This document shows positions 39,569 to 53,997 of a stretch of 64,000 bases of DNA, one piece after another. Positions within the stretch are counted from its first letter, which is position 1; each line of letters opens with the position of its first letter. This DNA comes from Podarcis bocagei (lineage: Eukaryota), in NCBI GenBank assembly GCA_964188305.1, contig OZ076885.1; one strand, given 5' to 3'. A model generated the notes under the pieces. That model was not told the DNA's origin. It made no database searches and saw only the letters and a program-made list of their open reading frames with translations. Both the position numbers and the translations under genes were made by a program.

Positions 39569-39674
39569 CTTTACACCATCTGAAGAGTCCTCAACATAAG
39601 ACAATAAAGTCTAAAATTACCTAACTGCACCATTTCCCCCCACAGAACCTGAAAATTTGAAAATAATAGATCCA

Positions 39675-39678
<4 letters not shown>

Positions 39679-39732
<54 letters not shown>
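39679..39732. repeat. (TC)n microsatellite
   Basis: Directly visible. Confidence 0.95.
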
Positions 39733-39734
<2 letters not shown>

Positions 39735-41451
39735 TTCAGGTGTAATTCATGCATATGTAAAAGATTAATTGCAAGTGCTGTAGAGCTCTATGACGTCATA
39801 CACTCTGTGGCAGTTATTTTCAGTTGGTATAGTTATGGCAGTTAGTAGAACAGTCTTAATAGAGCAGCAGATGTGTTGTGCTGCTGTCTGCCTCAGAGTT
39901 AGTCTGTGTAGGACACATTAGCAATTTAAGAAACATTCACCTGCATTGTATATATTTTAATCAGCAACTGCAAATACACTAAGAAAATATTGTTTGTTCT
40001 TTAAACTTTGAAAGAGAATGTCTTGTGTAGTTTTTTATAGGAGGGGGAAAAGAGAACTAATTAAAGGATCAAACGACCCAGGCCTGTCTTCTTCATCCTC
40101 TGCAAATGGGAATGAGAGTCCAATTCCCACAGTTCAGACAGTTTTGAACTAATTCAGAAAACTTTGTGAAACTGAATGAGTTATCTCCTTCACCGATAGA
40201 CTTCTGACAGCAGCACCTAATATAGTCACTAGGCTTCAGTTCATCTTCTCAGCTAGGAAGTTGCCGCCGCCCACGACACAAGATCAGTTTCAGAGATGCT
40301 GTTGCCATAACAACCAGGCTTTTTGGATTCTCTCTCTCTCTCTCTGCTGAATGGTTAGAAGAAAAGCAATACCACATCTGGAGTTGCAGTAACTCTTCCC
40401 CTACCCTCATTTTCAGACTGAAACAGCAAAGCAGATGCAATTATCTTGCAAGCTTTGAATGAAATGTACCAAATAGCAGATAGCAACAATCACCATCTCA
40501 GGCTCAGGCAATATAGAAATGCTTTATTGTACAGTTTGGGATCAACCTCACAGCTTTCTGACGGGGTGCATTGCTAGTTGAAACTGATATTCTTCTGTTC
40601 AGCTACTGTGTATCCATCATATGCTGCAATTAAAAAATATTGCATATAGATGGAACAAAATTTCATAGCCTCCAGTTGTCGAGCAGTGTTAAACAAATCC
40701 CACAGATTCAATTGTGCAGGTATCAGAGGAAAATAATGTTCTATTTTTAACACACCACTCCCCATTCATTTTCCATAATCAGGATCCCCTTTAAGGTAAG
40801 CTTTGTTTTACATCATTTTTTTTTGGGGGGGGGGAATAATTGGAAATCTTCACAGTCAGATAAAGATCAGTACCTAATTTCCAAGGCAGTAGTCGACATA
40901 AGTGTGTTGTTTTGATCCCACTGAGTTAGAAAATGAGGGCAGACATCTCACGGGCATTCTAAAATGTGTTACTTATCACTTGTGAATTTTCTCTTGCTTC
41001 AGTATATGAACATTTCCCCTGTTCACAAGTTATTCTTTCCCAGGTTAAAATGTTGCCAATGCCATGCACTGCACCAGAATCAAGTCTGTGTTAATGGAAC
41101 CTGCTTAGTCTTGCCATGGCCTGAAGACGATTGTCTTGTGGTAGCACAGAGGTGAGCTTTTTCACAAGTGCTGTGGAATGTCTTCACTGCTGAGATGTAA
41201 GAGGCCCTTCCCACAAAGATACAAAAAGTGCATGACAGCTGAAAATTTTGATTGTAAATCCACTTTCCTATATGGTCACTGCACTGATGGGATTTAAAGA
41301 CTGGATACAAGCGAATTTTAAACTGCATTTCTGCCTTTCACACAATGGTAGAAGGAGGGAAACAGCACCGACAGCACTTTCGGAGACACACATGAAATGG
41401 GAGGTCATAAGAACAGAGGAGGAGTCATGGGAAAACAAGGAAAATATACCT

Positions 41452-41906
41452 AGAGACATCACCTTGCCAACAAAGGCCCGTATAGTTAAAGCTATGGTTT
41501 TCCCAGTAGTGATGTATGGAAGTGAGAGCTGGACCATAAAGAAGGCTGATCACTGAAGAATTGATGCTTTTGAATTATGGTGCTGGAAGAGACTCTTGAG
41601 AGTCCCATGGACTGCAAGAAGATCAAACCTCTCCATTCTTAAGGAAATCAGCCCTGAGTGCTCACTGGAAGGGCAGATCGTGAAGCTGAGGCTCCAATAC
41701 TTTGGCCACCTCATGAGAAGAGAAGACATCCTGGAAAAGACCCTGATGTTGGGAAAGATGGAGGGCACAAGGAGAAGGGGACGACAGAGGACAAGATGGT
41801 TGGACAGTGTTCTCGAAGCTACCAGCATGAGTCTGACCAAACTGCGGGAGGCAGTGGTGTGCTCTGGTCCATGGGGTCACGAAGAGCCGGGCATGACTAA
41901 ACAACA
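41452..41906 (+). mobile_element. Bov-B LINE 3' fragment
   Basis: RDITLPTKARIVKAMVFPVVMYGSESWTIKKA; in-frame stop. Confidence 0.95.
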
Positions 41907-44333
41907 GTGGTGAATATTAAAAGACACATACTTGGTGAGCTTTTCTCTGTATCCAGAAATAAGGAAGGCCAATGAGAAGTAAAAGCCAAGAATCGCAAGA
42001 TTACCCCCCCCCCCAATTCTGGCATTTGGAATACATTTAGCACTCAAATGTGAATGTAAGGCATTGTTGTGATGGGCTCACCCCCTCCTGGCCCGGCCCT
42101 TACATGGATTCCTCCTTATGGCAAATGTGTCTTGCATTCTCAAAAGAGAGAGGTTTTGCCTATTTTGTTCCTCGGTTTCCACTTCCATCTCAAGCAAGCA
42201 AATGTGCTAAAAGAGAAGCTGGCGGCACATGGCAACAATAGAAGGAGACAGAGCGATCAGGCTCTGTGCCGCAGTCAGCTTGCTTAAGCAGGAGGGATGT
42301 GGGGAAGAGCACATTCCAGACCTTCCCAGCCGAGTCAAATTGGCCTGAAAAAGACTTCCATTCCTAAGGATCTTTTAGATTAAACAGTGGCCCGAGCCAA
42401 CCAGATTCCACCAAAAAAAAGTTTAATGTAACAACTGGTGTTCAATTACAGCTGTTCACTTGTATATTTTTATTCCCCTCATCACTGTTTGATTTCTCTA
42501 TTTTTAGAGTCCTAAAAATGTGACTCTTGAGCTCGTTGCCTGGTTTTCCCAACTCCTCCACAGATACTTTTTCAGCTTCTATTAGCTGATTTCAAAATGT
42601 ATGATTAAAACCTTATGATAAAGATGTTGGAATTAATGTCAAGTCAGACAACTGCAGTTACACATCTAAAAGGCACTCAGGTCATAAGGATATGATTTTG
42701 TCTGTGTGGAAATTGGGCACATTTCCATCTTGTTGCTGTTCCACTGCTGCTTGCCAGCCATAGCCGTAGGTGGAGCTTTGTGGAATGCATTTGGACAATG
42801 TTTCCCTCTCCTTCCCCTCAGACGCTCCTCCTCTGCTCTCCACGGCCCTTTTCCAATATGGGGGTGTGAGCAGGTGTGCATGCCCCCCCTTAAAGAAAAC
42901 CAGAAAGTGTGCAGGCCAGATTTTTCTATGTATGGCTCCCAAAAGCTGACCATCCTTGCTGCCTACTCATAAATAGACTGCAAATACCGTAATGTTAGTC
43001 AATAGGCTAGAATTTGTCACGTTTTAGAGCCACAGTGCTACGTTTTGCTCCAGCATGGACAAACTGATAGTCCAACCTCCCTGAAAACAAATGAGGAGGA
43101 AAGCTCAATAAGCAGGTTGTTTGGAATTGGCCTATATCTCCATCTCATTTCCTTTGCAAGAAACAGCAAAAGAAATCACATGGGGAAGGGAGACTTTTCC
43201 CTCCCTGACACAGTCAGAGCCAACATTTTTCCTTTCATGTTTAGGAAAAAAACTTCTGATTGGTGTCAGTAAGACATTTGTCCCCCCCTGTATTGCAGCT
43301 GTCCATGGACAGTGAGTTTAGCTTTGACTGCAGTAGGAAGAAAAGAGACAAGCCTTTTCTGCTACTACCTCCCTTCCCTGTAAAGATATGTGCCTAAAAT
43401 GAAGGATATGTAGCTACATGCTACACTCTAAGTGTAACATCTAGTTTGACCCTCTTTGTTACTTATTGTGGATGAAGACGGAACAAAGGCTTTCTTTTAA
43501 GGAAGAACAAATTGAGATACCTGCAAGCATCAGATAGCTGTTGGAAATCCTTGTTTTATAGTACACATTCTTTATATCCAAGGCTGAGTGGCTGTAATCA
43601 ACTCCCACTTGTTGGGGAAGCGGCAGAAGAAACGACTGCTTGTTCTTCCAGTCATGCTTACCTCGAGGGCCATCCAAGTGTGGTCTCATGCAAGGCTGCA
43701 ATGGAAAACTGGCAGGAGCACAGAGGTCGCACTTCATTTGTGTGACGGGTGCTTACCAGCATGGGGGCTGCTACCCTTTTCCTTCTAGATAAAAACAACA
43801 CTTGCCTAACAAGTAATGTCTCAGTCACAACAGATTCCACCTCCACTCAAGTGAGAATAAGGAGCAGCAGAAGTCTTAGGCAAAGATTCCTTAGGAAGAA
43901 AAGAAATCCCCCAATGGGTAGATAAGCTTAATAAATTCATTTAGCTGTGTGAGAGGGAAGACAAAAGAAAAAGGCATTTGAACACGAATGGAATTCATTT
44001 AGTTTCTATACAATGACAATATAAGAGAGGACATTCATATGGACCTTTTTCTTTTTCTTTTTGGCTGGTAAAGGTATTCAATTACTATGTCCTAGGATTC
44101 CTGAGCTATAGATTTTTGTGCTACCCATCTACCCTTGCTACATAAGTGGCTACAAGGGTGCCAACAGGATTTCCTCGGTCTGATATATGTGTAATAGGGC
44201 CTCTGCCTCACCCACAACCAAAGGCACAAATGTGCATAAGATTTGCATGCATATGCAGAAGTATGCAAATTTGTAAGTTTTTTTGTTGTATTTCCAGGTC
44301 TTAACCTATTGAACTTCTGCCTGCCCAACAGCT

Positions 44334-44346
44334 ATTAATAATAATT

Positions 44347-44385
<39 letters not shown>

Positions 44386-44551
44386 TTATTATTTATACCC
44401 CGCCCATCTGGCTGGGCCTCCCCAGCCACTCTGGGCGGCTTCCATAGAAACCAAAAGTACACTAAAATATCACACGTTAAAAACTTCCCTGAACAGGGCT
44501 GCCTTAAGATGTCTTCTGAATGTCAGGTAGTTGTTTATCGCTTTGACATCT
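44334..44551 (-). mobile_element. L2 LINE 3' end
   Basis: (TAA)n tail plus the shared L2 terminus. Confidence 0.8.
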
Positions 44552-46263
44552 TGTGGACACCAGAACCTTTATGAGTTGTGAGTTCATTACATTACTGGAG
44601 GTTTTTCATAATTTGCTCTTAAGCTGGCAATATTATGCATGAGACCAGGTATTCCATATCAGATGGTGGTGCAGAAGGGAATGGTCAAAGGGATTCAAGA
44701 TTTATTGCAACCAAGGTCCCGATTCTTTTGCAAGGCAAGGCAGTGCATTCTAAGAGGAGGTACTTATAAAGAACTAGAGCAATGCTAGTGTATATACTAG
44801 AAGCAACTTGTACCAAAATTTAGATTGTGAGCTCCTCATGCGCACTGATGATATTCTCATTGGTTTAATTGAACATGCCATTAATAACTTTAAGAACCAT
44901 AGTCCAGAACTGAGCCGTTTTGTAGCAATGCCACCACATGTGAACCAAATCTGCTTTAAGTGCTTGTCAATGCCTGATGTTGTTGTTATGAAGCTGGTGA
45001 TGATGTTGAACTTATATGCCACTTTCCTACAAAGCATATGAAGTGACTTACTGCTATAAATGCAACACAATCTCAGTGCAGAGGTACTGTACTGAACAGG
45101 GAGCTACTGTACTGTTGCTAGGGAGAATTCTTTGGCTGAGCCAGGTTGCCTGGCTGAAAGAAAGTAGACTCAATTTTCCAAGGGCCTTTGCCTCAACTGT
45201 GCTGTACGCCATCCATCACCACCAGGGCCACTCTGAGACCTTTTGGTCCCTGAGGACCAGTGCTCCTAACCAACAGATCCAGGCCCATGTACTGGTCATG
45301 CCACCCAAAGCAGTTGCCTCAGGTTGCCTCATCGGTGTGTTAGACATGCTAAGGCAGCAAGCTAACTTAGGGTCTGCAGGGCAGAACACATGGCACTGCT
45401 TTCTAGCTGCTTTCCAGCCCTCAGAATTTGCTGCCTGAGGCAGCTGCCTCACGTTACCTGATAGCAGGACCAGACCCAGCTCTCTCTCTCTCTCCCTCCC
45501 TCCCTCCCTCCCTCCCTCCCTCCCTCTCTCTCATACATACTCCATTAGCATCATTCCAGCTTCTACTGAATAAAGAAAGAATAACCCGGCAGCCCTCATT
45601 TGGAGCCTCTGAGCCAAGGGGATTCATCAGTCAGGCTGGTTTCTTCTGAACCCAAAATAGGCTTTATTAATAGTCCAGGCAGGGATATTTTTTATCAGCT
45701 GGTGGCTGCCCTGAGCCAGGAGCAGAGTCAAGTTACTGCATCCGTCCGGGAATCTTGACTATTCCAAGAGTAGGAGTGAGCTGCTGACTCAGGAGGTTTT
45801 CTGGTATTTCATGGGAGGCCCACAGACCCTCCAGAGCAAAGCGAACTATGGAATTGACTCCCTTTCTTTCTGGCTCCATGCCTGACACTCAAAGTGGAGT
45901 GAGGCCATTTGAGCTGGTCTGATTCCTCGTCACCAAGCCACTTCCATATGTGCAGGCAAAGAAAAAACTCTTTGAGAAGCACAACAGGGCAGACTTCCTT
46001 TTAAGGACTTCTCTGATCTATATCTTCCCTTAGTCTGTGACATGTCTCCTCATGGTTCCATTATTTAAGGAGCAGTTTTCAAACTGTGCAGGGCCAGCCC
46101 AAAACCATCTTCCTGCCTGAGATGGAAGACAAAATGGCGCCTTTCCTTCACCTAAGACCAGCCAAATGTTTATTGCAGCAATTTCCCTATCACTTGCTAG
46201 ACCTGATGAATTTCAGCCTACTGCATCTGTAACAAGTCAGACTTCTCCCCCACGAGGGACATA

Positions 46264-46620
46264 AAAGGTAAAGGTAAAAGGACCCCTGACCATTAGGTCC
46301 AGTTGTGGCCAACTCTGGGGTTGCAGCGCTCATCTCGCTTTATTGGCCGAGGGAGCCGGCGTACAGCTTCCGGATCATGTGGCCAGCATGACTAAGCTGC
46401 TTCTGGCGAAGCAGAGCAGTGCACGGAAATGCCTTTTACCTTCCTGCCGGAGCGGTACCTGTTTATCTACTTGCACTTTGATGTGCTTTCGAACTGCTAG
46501 GTTGGCAGGAGCAGGGACTGAGCAACGGGAGCTCACCCCGTCACGGGGATTCGAACCGCCGACCTTCTGATCGGCAAGTCCTAGGCTCTGTGGTTTAACC
46601 CATAGCGCCACCCGTGTCCC
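46264..46620 (-). mobile_element. Sauria SINE
   Basis: Head GGGACACGGGTGGCGCT, (ACCTTT)n tail. Confidence 0.92.
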
Positions 46621-46756
46621 TGAGAAGGCTGCAATTTCCATTCTGACCTGTCTTCATCACTGATTGTAAAGGTTTTTTTAAGTGGAAAATACTTTTAAAA
46701 ATAAACAACCCTGCTCTAAACTTAAGCACGGCACGCCATTCTTTAGAAGCGCATTA

Positions 46757-46984
46757 GACAAAATCATGGAGGAGAGGGCCACTGATGGCTACTAGCCATG
46801 CTGTCTATGCTCTGCCTCCACGTTGGGAGACAGCAATGTGCTGGAAACCACAGGAGGGGAGAGGTCTCTTGAGCTTGAATTCTTTAATGGTTTCCCACAG
46901 ACATCTGGTTGGCCACCGTGATAACAGGATGCTGGACTCGATGGACCACTGGCCTGATCCAGCAGGCTCTTCTTATGTTCTCTT
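46757..46984 (+). mobile_element. CR1 LINE 3' fragment
   Basis: Ends gatccagcaggctcttcttatgttc. Confidence 0.7.
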
Positions 46985-49900
46985 GTGAGGATTTTCTTTC
47001 CAGCTCTCCTGTAGAGCTGCCTGGCTCTGGGGAGTGAGATTTCTGCCATGGATGTGCTCCTCCAGAAGAGAAGTAATGCAAAACACAAGTTCCTCAAACA
47101 CGGGATTTAGTGGAGAATGCAAATATTTTCTATGCTGTCCATGTTTAGCAGGAGACATTTTCAGAAAGAAAATTCATAATATTTCCAGGAAATGACTTTT
47201 AAATAGAGCTGAGCTAAACCTAGCCAACAAATGCTCACATTCATTTTTTGCCATTGCTAAGAAGGGAACAATGGTTTTGAGATTTGTTCAGAGCTAGATT
47301 GGAAATGTTCCTCTGCATTTGGGATGATGTCGCTGACACTGTCATGTAATATACATAGGCAATTATTCTGCAGTATGCTCTCAGCATGGCTGATGCGGTT
47401 TGCCGCCCTAATTCATGAGATTTATGACCTAGTGTACTGATCCTTTGATGTGCTGATCCACCTACTCTATCATGTAATCTGACACCACACATTTCCCACA
47501 TGCAAGGATGCTCCTTTCCAGTTACCAAAATGATCAGGGGGCCCTAGCATCTTTTACCACAACATTTGTGGTCATTTAATTTAGAAAGGAGAGAAAAGGG
47601 GGAAGGGGAGACATGAACAAGATCTATAAAAGGACACATTCATTCCAGAGGTGTCAGAGAAGTAAGCAGGAAGAGAGTGCCAGGGAGAGGGTCCAGTGAT
47701 GAAGATGATTAAATTTATGACCCACCTTTCAGGTGTCAATCTCAGCCTTGAGAAGCACATAGAGCTGAAGTGTGAAAGAGCAAAACTCTTCCTCTCTCAG
47801 CTTTATGCGTTTTTCAAGTGAAGGGAATTTTTGCCATGTGATCGCATAGTTGGCAGGGAATGCAGAAGGGGCAGAAAGCCTTTCTGGGCACCATAGGAAG
47901 TCCCAGAGGGCCTGATTGTACCCACAGTCACCATTTTGGCAACCACAGCCCTGGAAGGATCAACACAGTGTCAGACCCTCCAAGTGTCCCTATCTTCCAG
48001 GGATGTCCCTGATCTAGAGAAGCTGTCCTGGTTTCTGATTTGATCCCGGAAGGTCCCACTTTTCCTTAGGATGTCCCTATTTTCTTTGGAGAAATGTTGG
48101 AGGGGACGTCTCTAGTTTCATCAGAGAAATGTTGGAGGCTATGTGGCTGCATTCATAGAATATAGTAGACATCCGTATGTTGCCACCTACAAGGTGTCAA
48201 TGAAGTGGATCAGAAACATGGCCTTTGTTTAAGTGATCTAGAAAGTTAAAGTGTAGAGGGAAAGGGAATCACAACAAATGATATGTGTTGAAGGATGTCT
48301 TGCCATGCTTGTTACTATGTTCTTATCTCAGCACCGGAGCTACACATTCAAAATAGTGTCTTGCCTCTGATAACAGAGGAAATATATGGCCATCATGACT
48401 GGCAGCTATTAAATTATTAGCCTAATCCCCTAATCCCCTTTTATAATTGTCCAAGTTGGTGGCCCTCACTATGATACTAAGCTAGATGCGCACAATTTGA
48501 CTTGGTCTAAGGGCCTCTCCACACCATTGGTTGTATTCTGCAACATGCCATTGAAGCAATAACAGTGCATTGGTAGTGATCTCATATTGGGCCATCCACA
48601 TGTCATTCTGCTTTATTCGTTCTGTGATGCTCCCCCACATTTTTGCTGTCTGATGGGGCACTCTTGAGCCATGGTGCAACGAAAGCACAACACTAGCCCC
48701 CTGCCAGAAACTTTGTGGTGGCAGGATTCCAGTAGGAAGTTATGGGACATGGACCAATTGGAAACAAAGCAGCATGTTTGCCTCAAATCCTTTGTATCAT
48801 GAGCACAAATCATAATAAATACACCAAAAAAAAGGATGTCTGCAGGAGCCCCTAGAGAGGCTCAGAAAACAGGAAGTATCCCTCCTTCCTGTTTTGAACT
48901 CTAAGACCCTCATGATCTCTTCCAACTCTACAGCTCTATGATGCTCATGAGGTGTCTGGTTTTGAATGACTTTCCTCCCCGTTGCTGATATCTGAAGGTG
49001 CCCCAAAGCCACTCCCTAAATATATTCCCCTTCTTTTAAGCACAAGACCCTCTAAGCTATATGCATGATAAAATTATCAATAAAACAGCTAAAATCCACA
49101 AAACCTTTTCTTTTAGAGATACATAAAATAATCCTCAATGGGATTCAGATAAATTCATGGTTTGGTTGGAAAACTGCATTGCAAAATTCGAGTAAGTGTG
49201 AATTTTGAACAACCATAGAATCATAGAATTGTATAGAGTTGGGAGGGACCACGAGGGTCATCTAGTCCAACCCCCTGCAATGCAGGAATCTCTTGCCCAA
49301 TGTGGGGCCTGAACCCACAATCCTGAGATTATGAGACTCATGTTCTACCAACTAACACATCCCTCTTCAGTTGCCAAACACAATGCCCCCCCAGCACACT
49401 AGGAGACATTGCTTGCAAAAATGTGTACGTTTGTCAAAACTGCATTCAAAAATGTGTTTATTAGGAGACATTCACACTAAATCCACACTAAAATGTGGGT
49501 TAATTTTCATGCGTTTTAAAAATAAATGGCTGTGTTTTGGTGCTCATATTGTTCCAGAAGATGTGGGTTTGAGAGAATCCCCTTTAACCGTGAACTGAAT
49601 CAATTTCTTCCCTGTTCCTCCTCAGAGCCTGTGATAAGCAGCAGGCCTTCGGGGGAAGATGGGGAAAGTTCCCTACAGCTTAAAGGAGGGAGTGAAAAGC
49701 CAGGCTGGAAGGGGCACAAGTATGTTCCTCTCAATGGAAAAAGGACACAGTAGGTTCAAGGATCTGAGCCATGGCTCCGTTTCAACTTGTCTCCAGCCCT
49801 CCCAGAGAGAGGTTTGCTTCCCTACAGCACAGTGAAAACAATGCATCTTAATATTTAAGGACATGGCTTTCCATGATCCCTTTGGGGATTGTGGGCAGGT

Positions 49901-52900
49901 GAGAGTGGGTGGGTATCCCTGCTTGGTACCAGACAGTGATACATTAAGGTCAAAGACAGCTTTGCAGATTGCTGGCAGGATGGTGGTGGGGAGAGTCATG
50001 CTCCTTCTTTGGCTCACAAGCTGTTTGTCTGCCAGGACTTCCAGAGACTTAAGAAAACTTTCCAAGAGCAGAGTTCGTCTGAGGCGTGTGTATGCAGGGC
50101 TGGGAGAGAGAGGGATACACAGACAAACAGACACACTCCGAAATTTGGCCATTCAACTCTACTCCTGGCTTAAGGCTGCCAATGATATGTGTGAGAACAG
50201 AGCGCTCTCTGGTGGCTGCAAAGAGACATGCGAACCCAAACAAACATTGGCTACGGGATTGCAGAGTGTTGAATGGACATCCCATAGAAGGCATGGCCCT
50301 TCTAAGGCTATTGAATAAAAATGATTTTTGACCAATGCAGAGTTTACATTGGAAGTTTGGGTGCAACTCAGCTTGCAGAAAGCCATTCATATGGGGTTAA
50401 AAGAGACAGAATAAAGGACTTCCAGATTTGTATACTATGCCTGTACCTTGCACCTCTGTGGTGACCTCTCTATCCTGTGAACCTTAGGTTGCATCCTGTG
50501 AATAGTGAGCTATCCAGGTGCTCAAGAACTGAAGGGGTGTTGGAAGATTGGGTGCAGCTCAATTTGCTTTTGTGTAACCTGTGTTGCATCCAAGTTTTCA
50601 ACAGATTATGACCTCAATATTAAACCCGCTCCCCCTCTCCCAGTGCTCACCTCCTGCCTCCCATATTGCTTCACATACAGCCAGATGAAAAGTTCTGGTG
50701 AGTTGGAAACTTTACTCACTATTCTGTGATGTTTTGGACACACTAAAAATGCTGAAAGTTGTCCAGATAAAAGTGGCACTCTAAACCTTTGCTATGTGTT
50801 TAAACCTGCCTCTTCCTCCACTTGGCTTATTTGGCATGCAGCGGATCAGAAAATAGCACACCGGCAGATGACATTATAGTCCTTCATCTGTTCTGAAAAA
50901 AGTGGTGGCGCTTTGTTCCTGCCTGTCCTGGCTTCTGCCCAACACACGCAGACAGAGGCTCTTACTTGTAAGTAAGGAAGAGATCCTTGTTCAGGAAAGT
51001 GAAGGTACAGGCTCAGCAGCAGACACAGGGCCGAGGAGTCATGGATCAAGAGTTCAGGGGCAGGGCAGACAGCTTAGAACTGGACAAAAGTTATGAGGCT
51101 GTCCCAACAAGTTTCACCACCCCTTCGACCAGCTTTGAAAGATGAGGTGTGGCCTTAAGGGAATGTCTAGATTGAAAGTGAGCATGCTCCATCTGCAAAG
51201 GCATTCCATTGTTCAGACTCCTGTTCAGGCTCCCCTGCTCATAGCTGATCAAAGCCCTCCTCAGCCTCCAATGAGGTTCTCTGTTCCAGAGGAAGGTCAT
51301 GGGGGAGCCAGTATCCCTGCTTCCCCTTCCAAAGTGATAGAAGTCAGGTTGGAAAGCAGAGAGCCTCGCTCCTCCAACCCAGGTTCCCACCACTTCCATT
51401 TCTTCCTCCTCTCGCATTGGAGCCTGCCAGCACAAGCTCAGTCACATCAGGGCTCACAACACAGCCTGCCTCTGCTCCACTCCATCCCTGCTTCCCAGAG
51501 CTCTACAGGAAACTGTTCAGGATTAGGCTGGGGCAGGGGCAGGTGGAGACAGTAGAGCTGGGTGTCAGCGGCAGCTCCTTCAGGTCCTTTGAATTCTTTT
51601 GCAAGCCTTACTCATAAAGGGCTCAAGCTTCTGTGAGTGCTTAAGTCCATTCTCCGTTTTACACATAAGGTTATTGCCCCAATGGAAACCACAGCCCAAT
51701 AGTATGTCAGTCTCTTGGTAGCTGGGGGTTCTGGTTTCTGGGAGAGGAACAGCATTGCAGGGCAAATGGAATGACACTTGGCATGAAAATCTGCCAACAG
51801 GGAGGTCTCCTACCACCAGGAATAAGTGCACAGCAGCTGTTTTCTAGGTCATGCTCCCCGCAACTCAAAGAACAAATATGTAATGAAAAACTACCAGCAG
51901 AGATTTTTCCAAGGCACTAGTTCCAGGTACATGACTTTCAGAAAGCATTTCCTTGTTCAGGATATTCCTTGACTTACAAAATCACGGAGAAGCTTTAGGA
52001 CTGTAGCCAGAAGAGGAATGAGTCATCTGTAATAGAAGAACTCGTCTGATTTATACACTATCAGAGATATCCGTTATGGCTTTGACCTTTCCTGCTGTCT
52101 TGCGAAGAACATTAGCATCAATCGCATGGCCCAGATAATCTGCAGTGCTGGAAGCGGTCACATTTGTCCTTGCAAACTTTCCTTCTTAGGGCTCTCTGAG
52201 GCAGGGGTGGAGAAACTCTGGGCGGTGGGCCGAGTCAGGCCTCCCCATTCCTGCCTTGGACTCCTCCGAGCAAAGGGCAGGCTATAAATCAAAGAAATGA
52301 GGAAATATTTGGCTTGCTAGGACATCTGAGCAAAGCCACACAACTTGCCCTACACCTGGCGTCTGAATGGGGTGGGCACAGGTAAGTAAAGTTGGGATTG
52401 AACCAGGAAGGCATTTGCAGGATGCTTTGAAGTCCTGTTGGTCGGCAGACTTGCAAGCACCAGCAATCAGCTGATTATCTGAAGAGAGTCTTGCCAAGCC
52501 TAAGGCTCAACTATTAGCTAGATCGACTGGAGGAAGTAGCTCTGGTTGTTCACCTATAATTCACCTAAACAAAATATGTGGCTTGTGACTTGGCTCCTGG
52601 TTAATAAGGAGTCTGCTCCTGCATAGATATCTGCAAAATTTGGGATGGGTGGGTTAAAACCTGCAATAATTCCCTGGAATACAAAAAGAGGGGCACATTT
52701 CATCTCCAGCAATTAGCAGAGACCACTGAAATGTGCTTTTATGCAATCAAAACAATGCATTGTGATACTAAAAACAGGCTGCTTTATTGATAGCTATCCT
52801 GTTTTTTTGATGTTCTTAGAAGATTCTTTCTGCAACATGATACCCAGGCCTCTTCCATATTTCTGTTATCTGAAGCTCTCCCCAATGTAGATGGCCTAAT

Positions 52901-53064
52901 TTGAGATGCAATGCTCTCACTTCAGTAGGGACAGTTTCCATATGATGGACACATTCATGGAATTCTTTGCCATATTTCACAGGAACAAGAAGTCCTGCTG
53001 CGACCAAACAGGCTTGTGGTGACCCCTGCAGCCTTGTACATCTGATGGTATGGGAAAGGATGGG

Positions 53065-53997
53065 CAGTGGCGTAGCGTGGCTTGTCAGCACCCGGGGCAA
53101 GGCAAGTAATTTGCGCCCCCTAACCCGTGGATTTGCGCCCCCTAACCCTAACCCCCAGATGTTGCTCCCGGTGCGGCCGGCCCCCCCTGCACCCCCCACG
53201 CTACACCACTGTTTCCTGGCAGTTTTATTCTCTTGGCAAACCGCTTTTGTAGCTGTCAAGCGGTTTATAAATTTTAGGATTATTTTTTTTTTAAAGGGCA
53301 TTTTCAGAAAAAGCTGCTCGTGGCTCTCAGCTGTTCCCTCTCAGCTGCTCGCTCCTAGTTTGTGGGAGGGTGGATTTAAGGCGTGACGGGGGGGTGCGTG
53401 CGAAGAAGGGCAACCTCTCCCCACTCCGCCGCTTTGCTCCACCCTGGCAGGCAGGCTGGCAGGCTGGCTACACGCGACGCGCTCGGAGAGGGCCTCCGGA
53501 TCGTCCCCCGGGCTGGGCAAGGGCTCGTTCTCACGCAGCGGCTGTTGCGCAGCCTCGCCGCCACCGCCGCCCTTGCTCCTTCGCGTGCGGGGAAAGGCCG
53601 CCGGCAGCCCTGGGAGCGCCTCCCTCCGCGCCTTCACACGCAGCTGTGCCAGCCCAGCAGGCGGCTCCCATCCTCCCCGAGCCCCGGCCGGGCTAGCGGG
53701 GGTTGTGAGCCACCTGCAGGGAGCCGGGGGTCCTAGCAGGCTCCCTCGGAAGGTGGAGCGGGGCCCTCCTTCGCTGGAGGTTGGATGGCCAGCTGCGAGG
53801 AATTCTTAGCAGGCTCGCTCCACCTCCTCCTCCTCCCAACTTTGCTGCTGCTGCTGCTCGGCTTTTTTCCTCTACCGACGGCACGCTGTGCCTTGGAGAG
53901 GTTCCCGCTTCCTTGAGGGGGGCCGGCCAAACGCGCCCCCCAAAATGTTGCGCCCGGTGCGGCTGGCACCCCTGGCACCCCCCACGCTACGCCACTG
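53065..53997 (+). mobile_element. Composite (Pack-type) hAT element: complete MITE 53065-53211, about 700 bp CpG-rich cargo, second right end ~53915-53997
   Basis: TSD aggatggg at 53057-53064 and 53998-54005; the inner MITE end is followed by tttcctgg (no match). Confidence 0.88.

Noticed and set aside
43295-43315. REST/NRSE site
   Set aside because: Only the right half-site (ctgtccatgg) matches.
49863-50318. Secreted-peptide-like plus-strand ORF
   Set aside because: No recognisable family, splice or Kozak support; ORFs on both strands.
51142-51555. 137-aa Pro/Ser-rich ORF
   Set aside because: No homology or exon boundaries recognised.
53370-53900. Native CpG-island promoter or GC-rich coding ORFs
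   Set aside because: Enclosed by hAT ends sharing one TSD; ORFs occur in many frames because of GC content.
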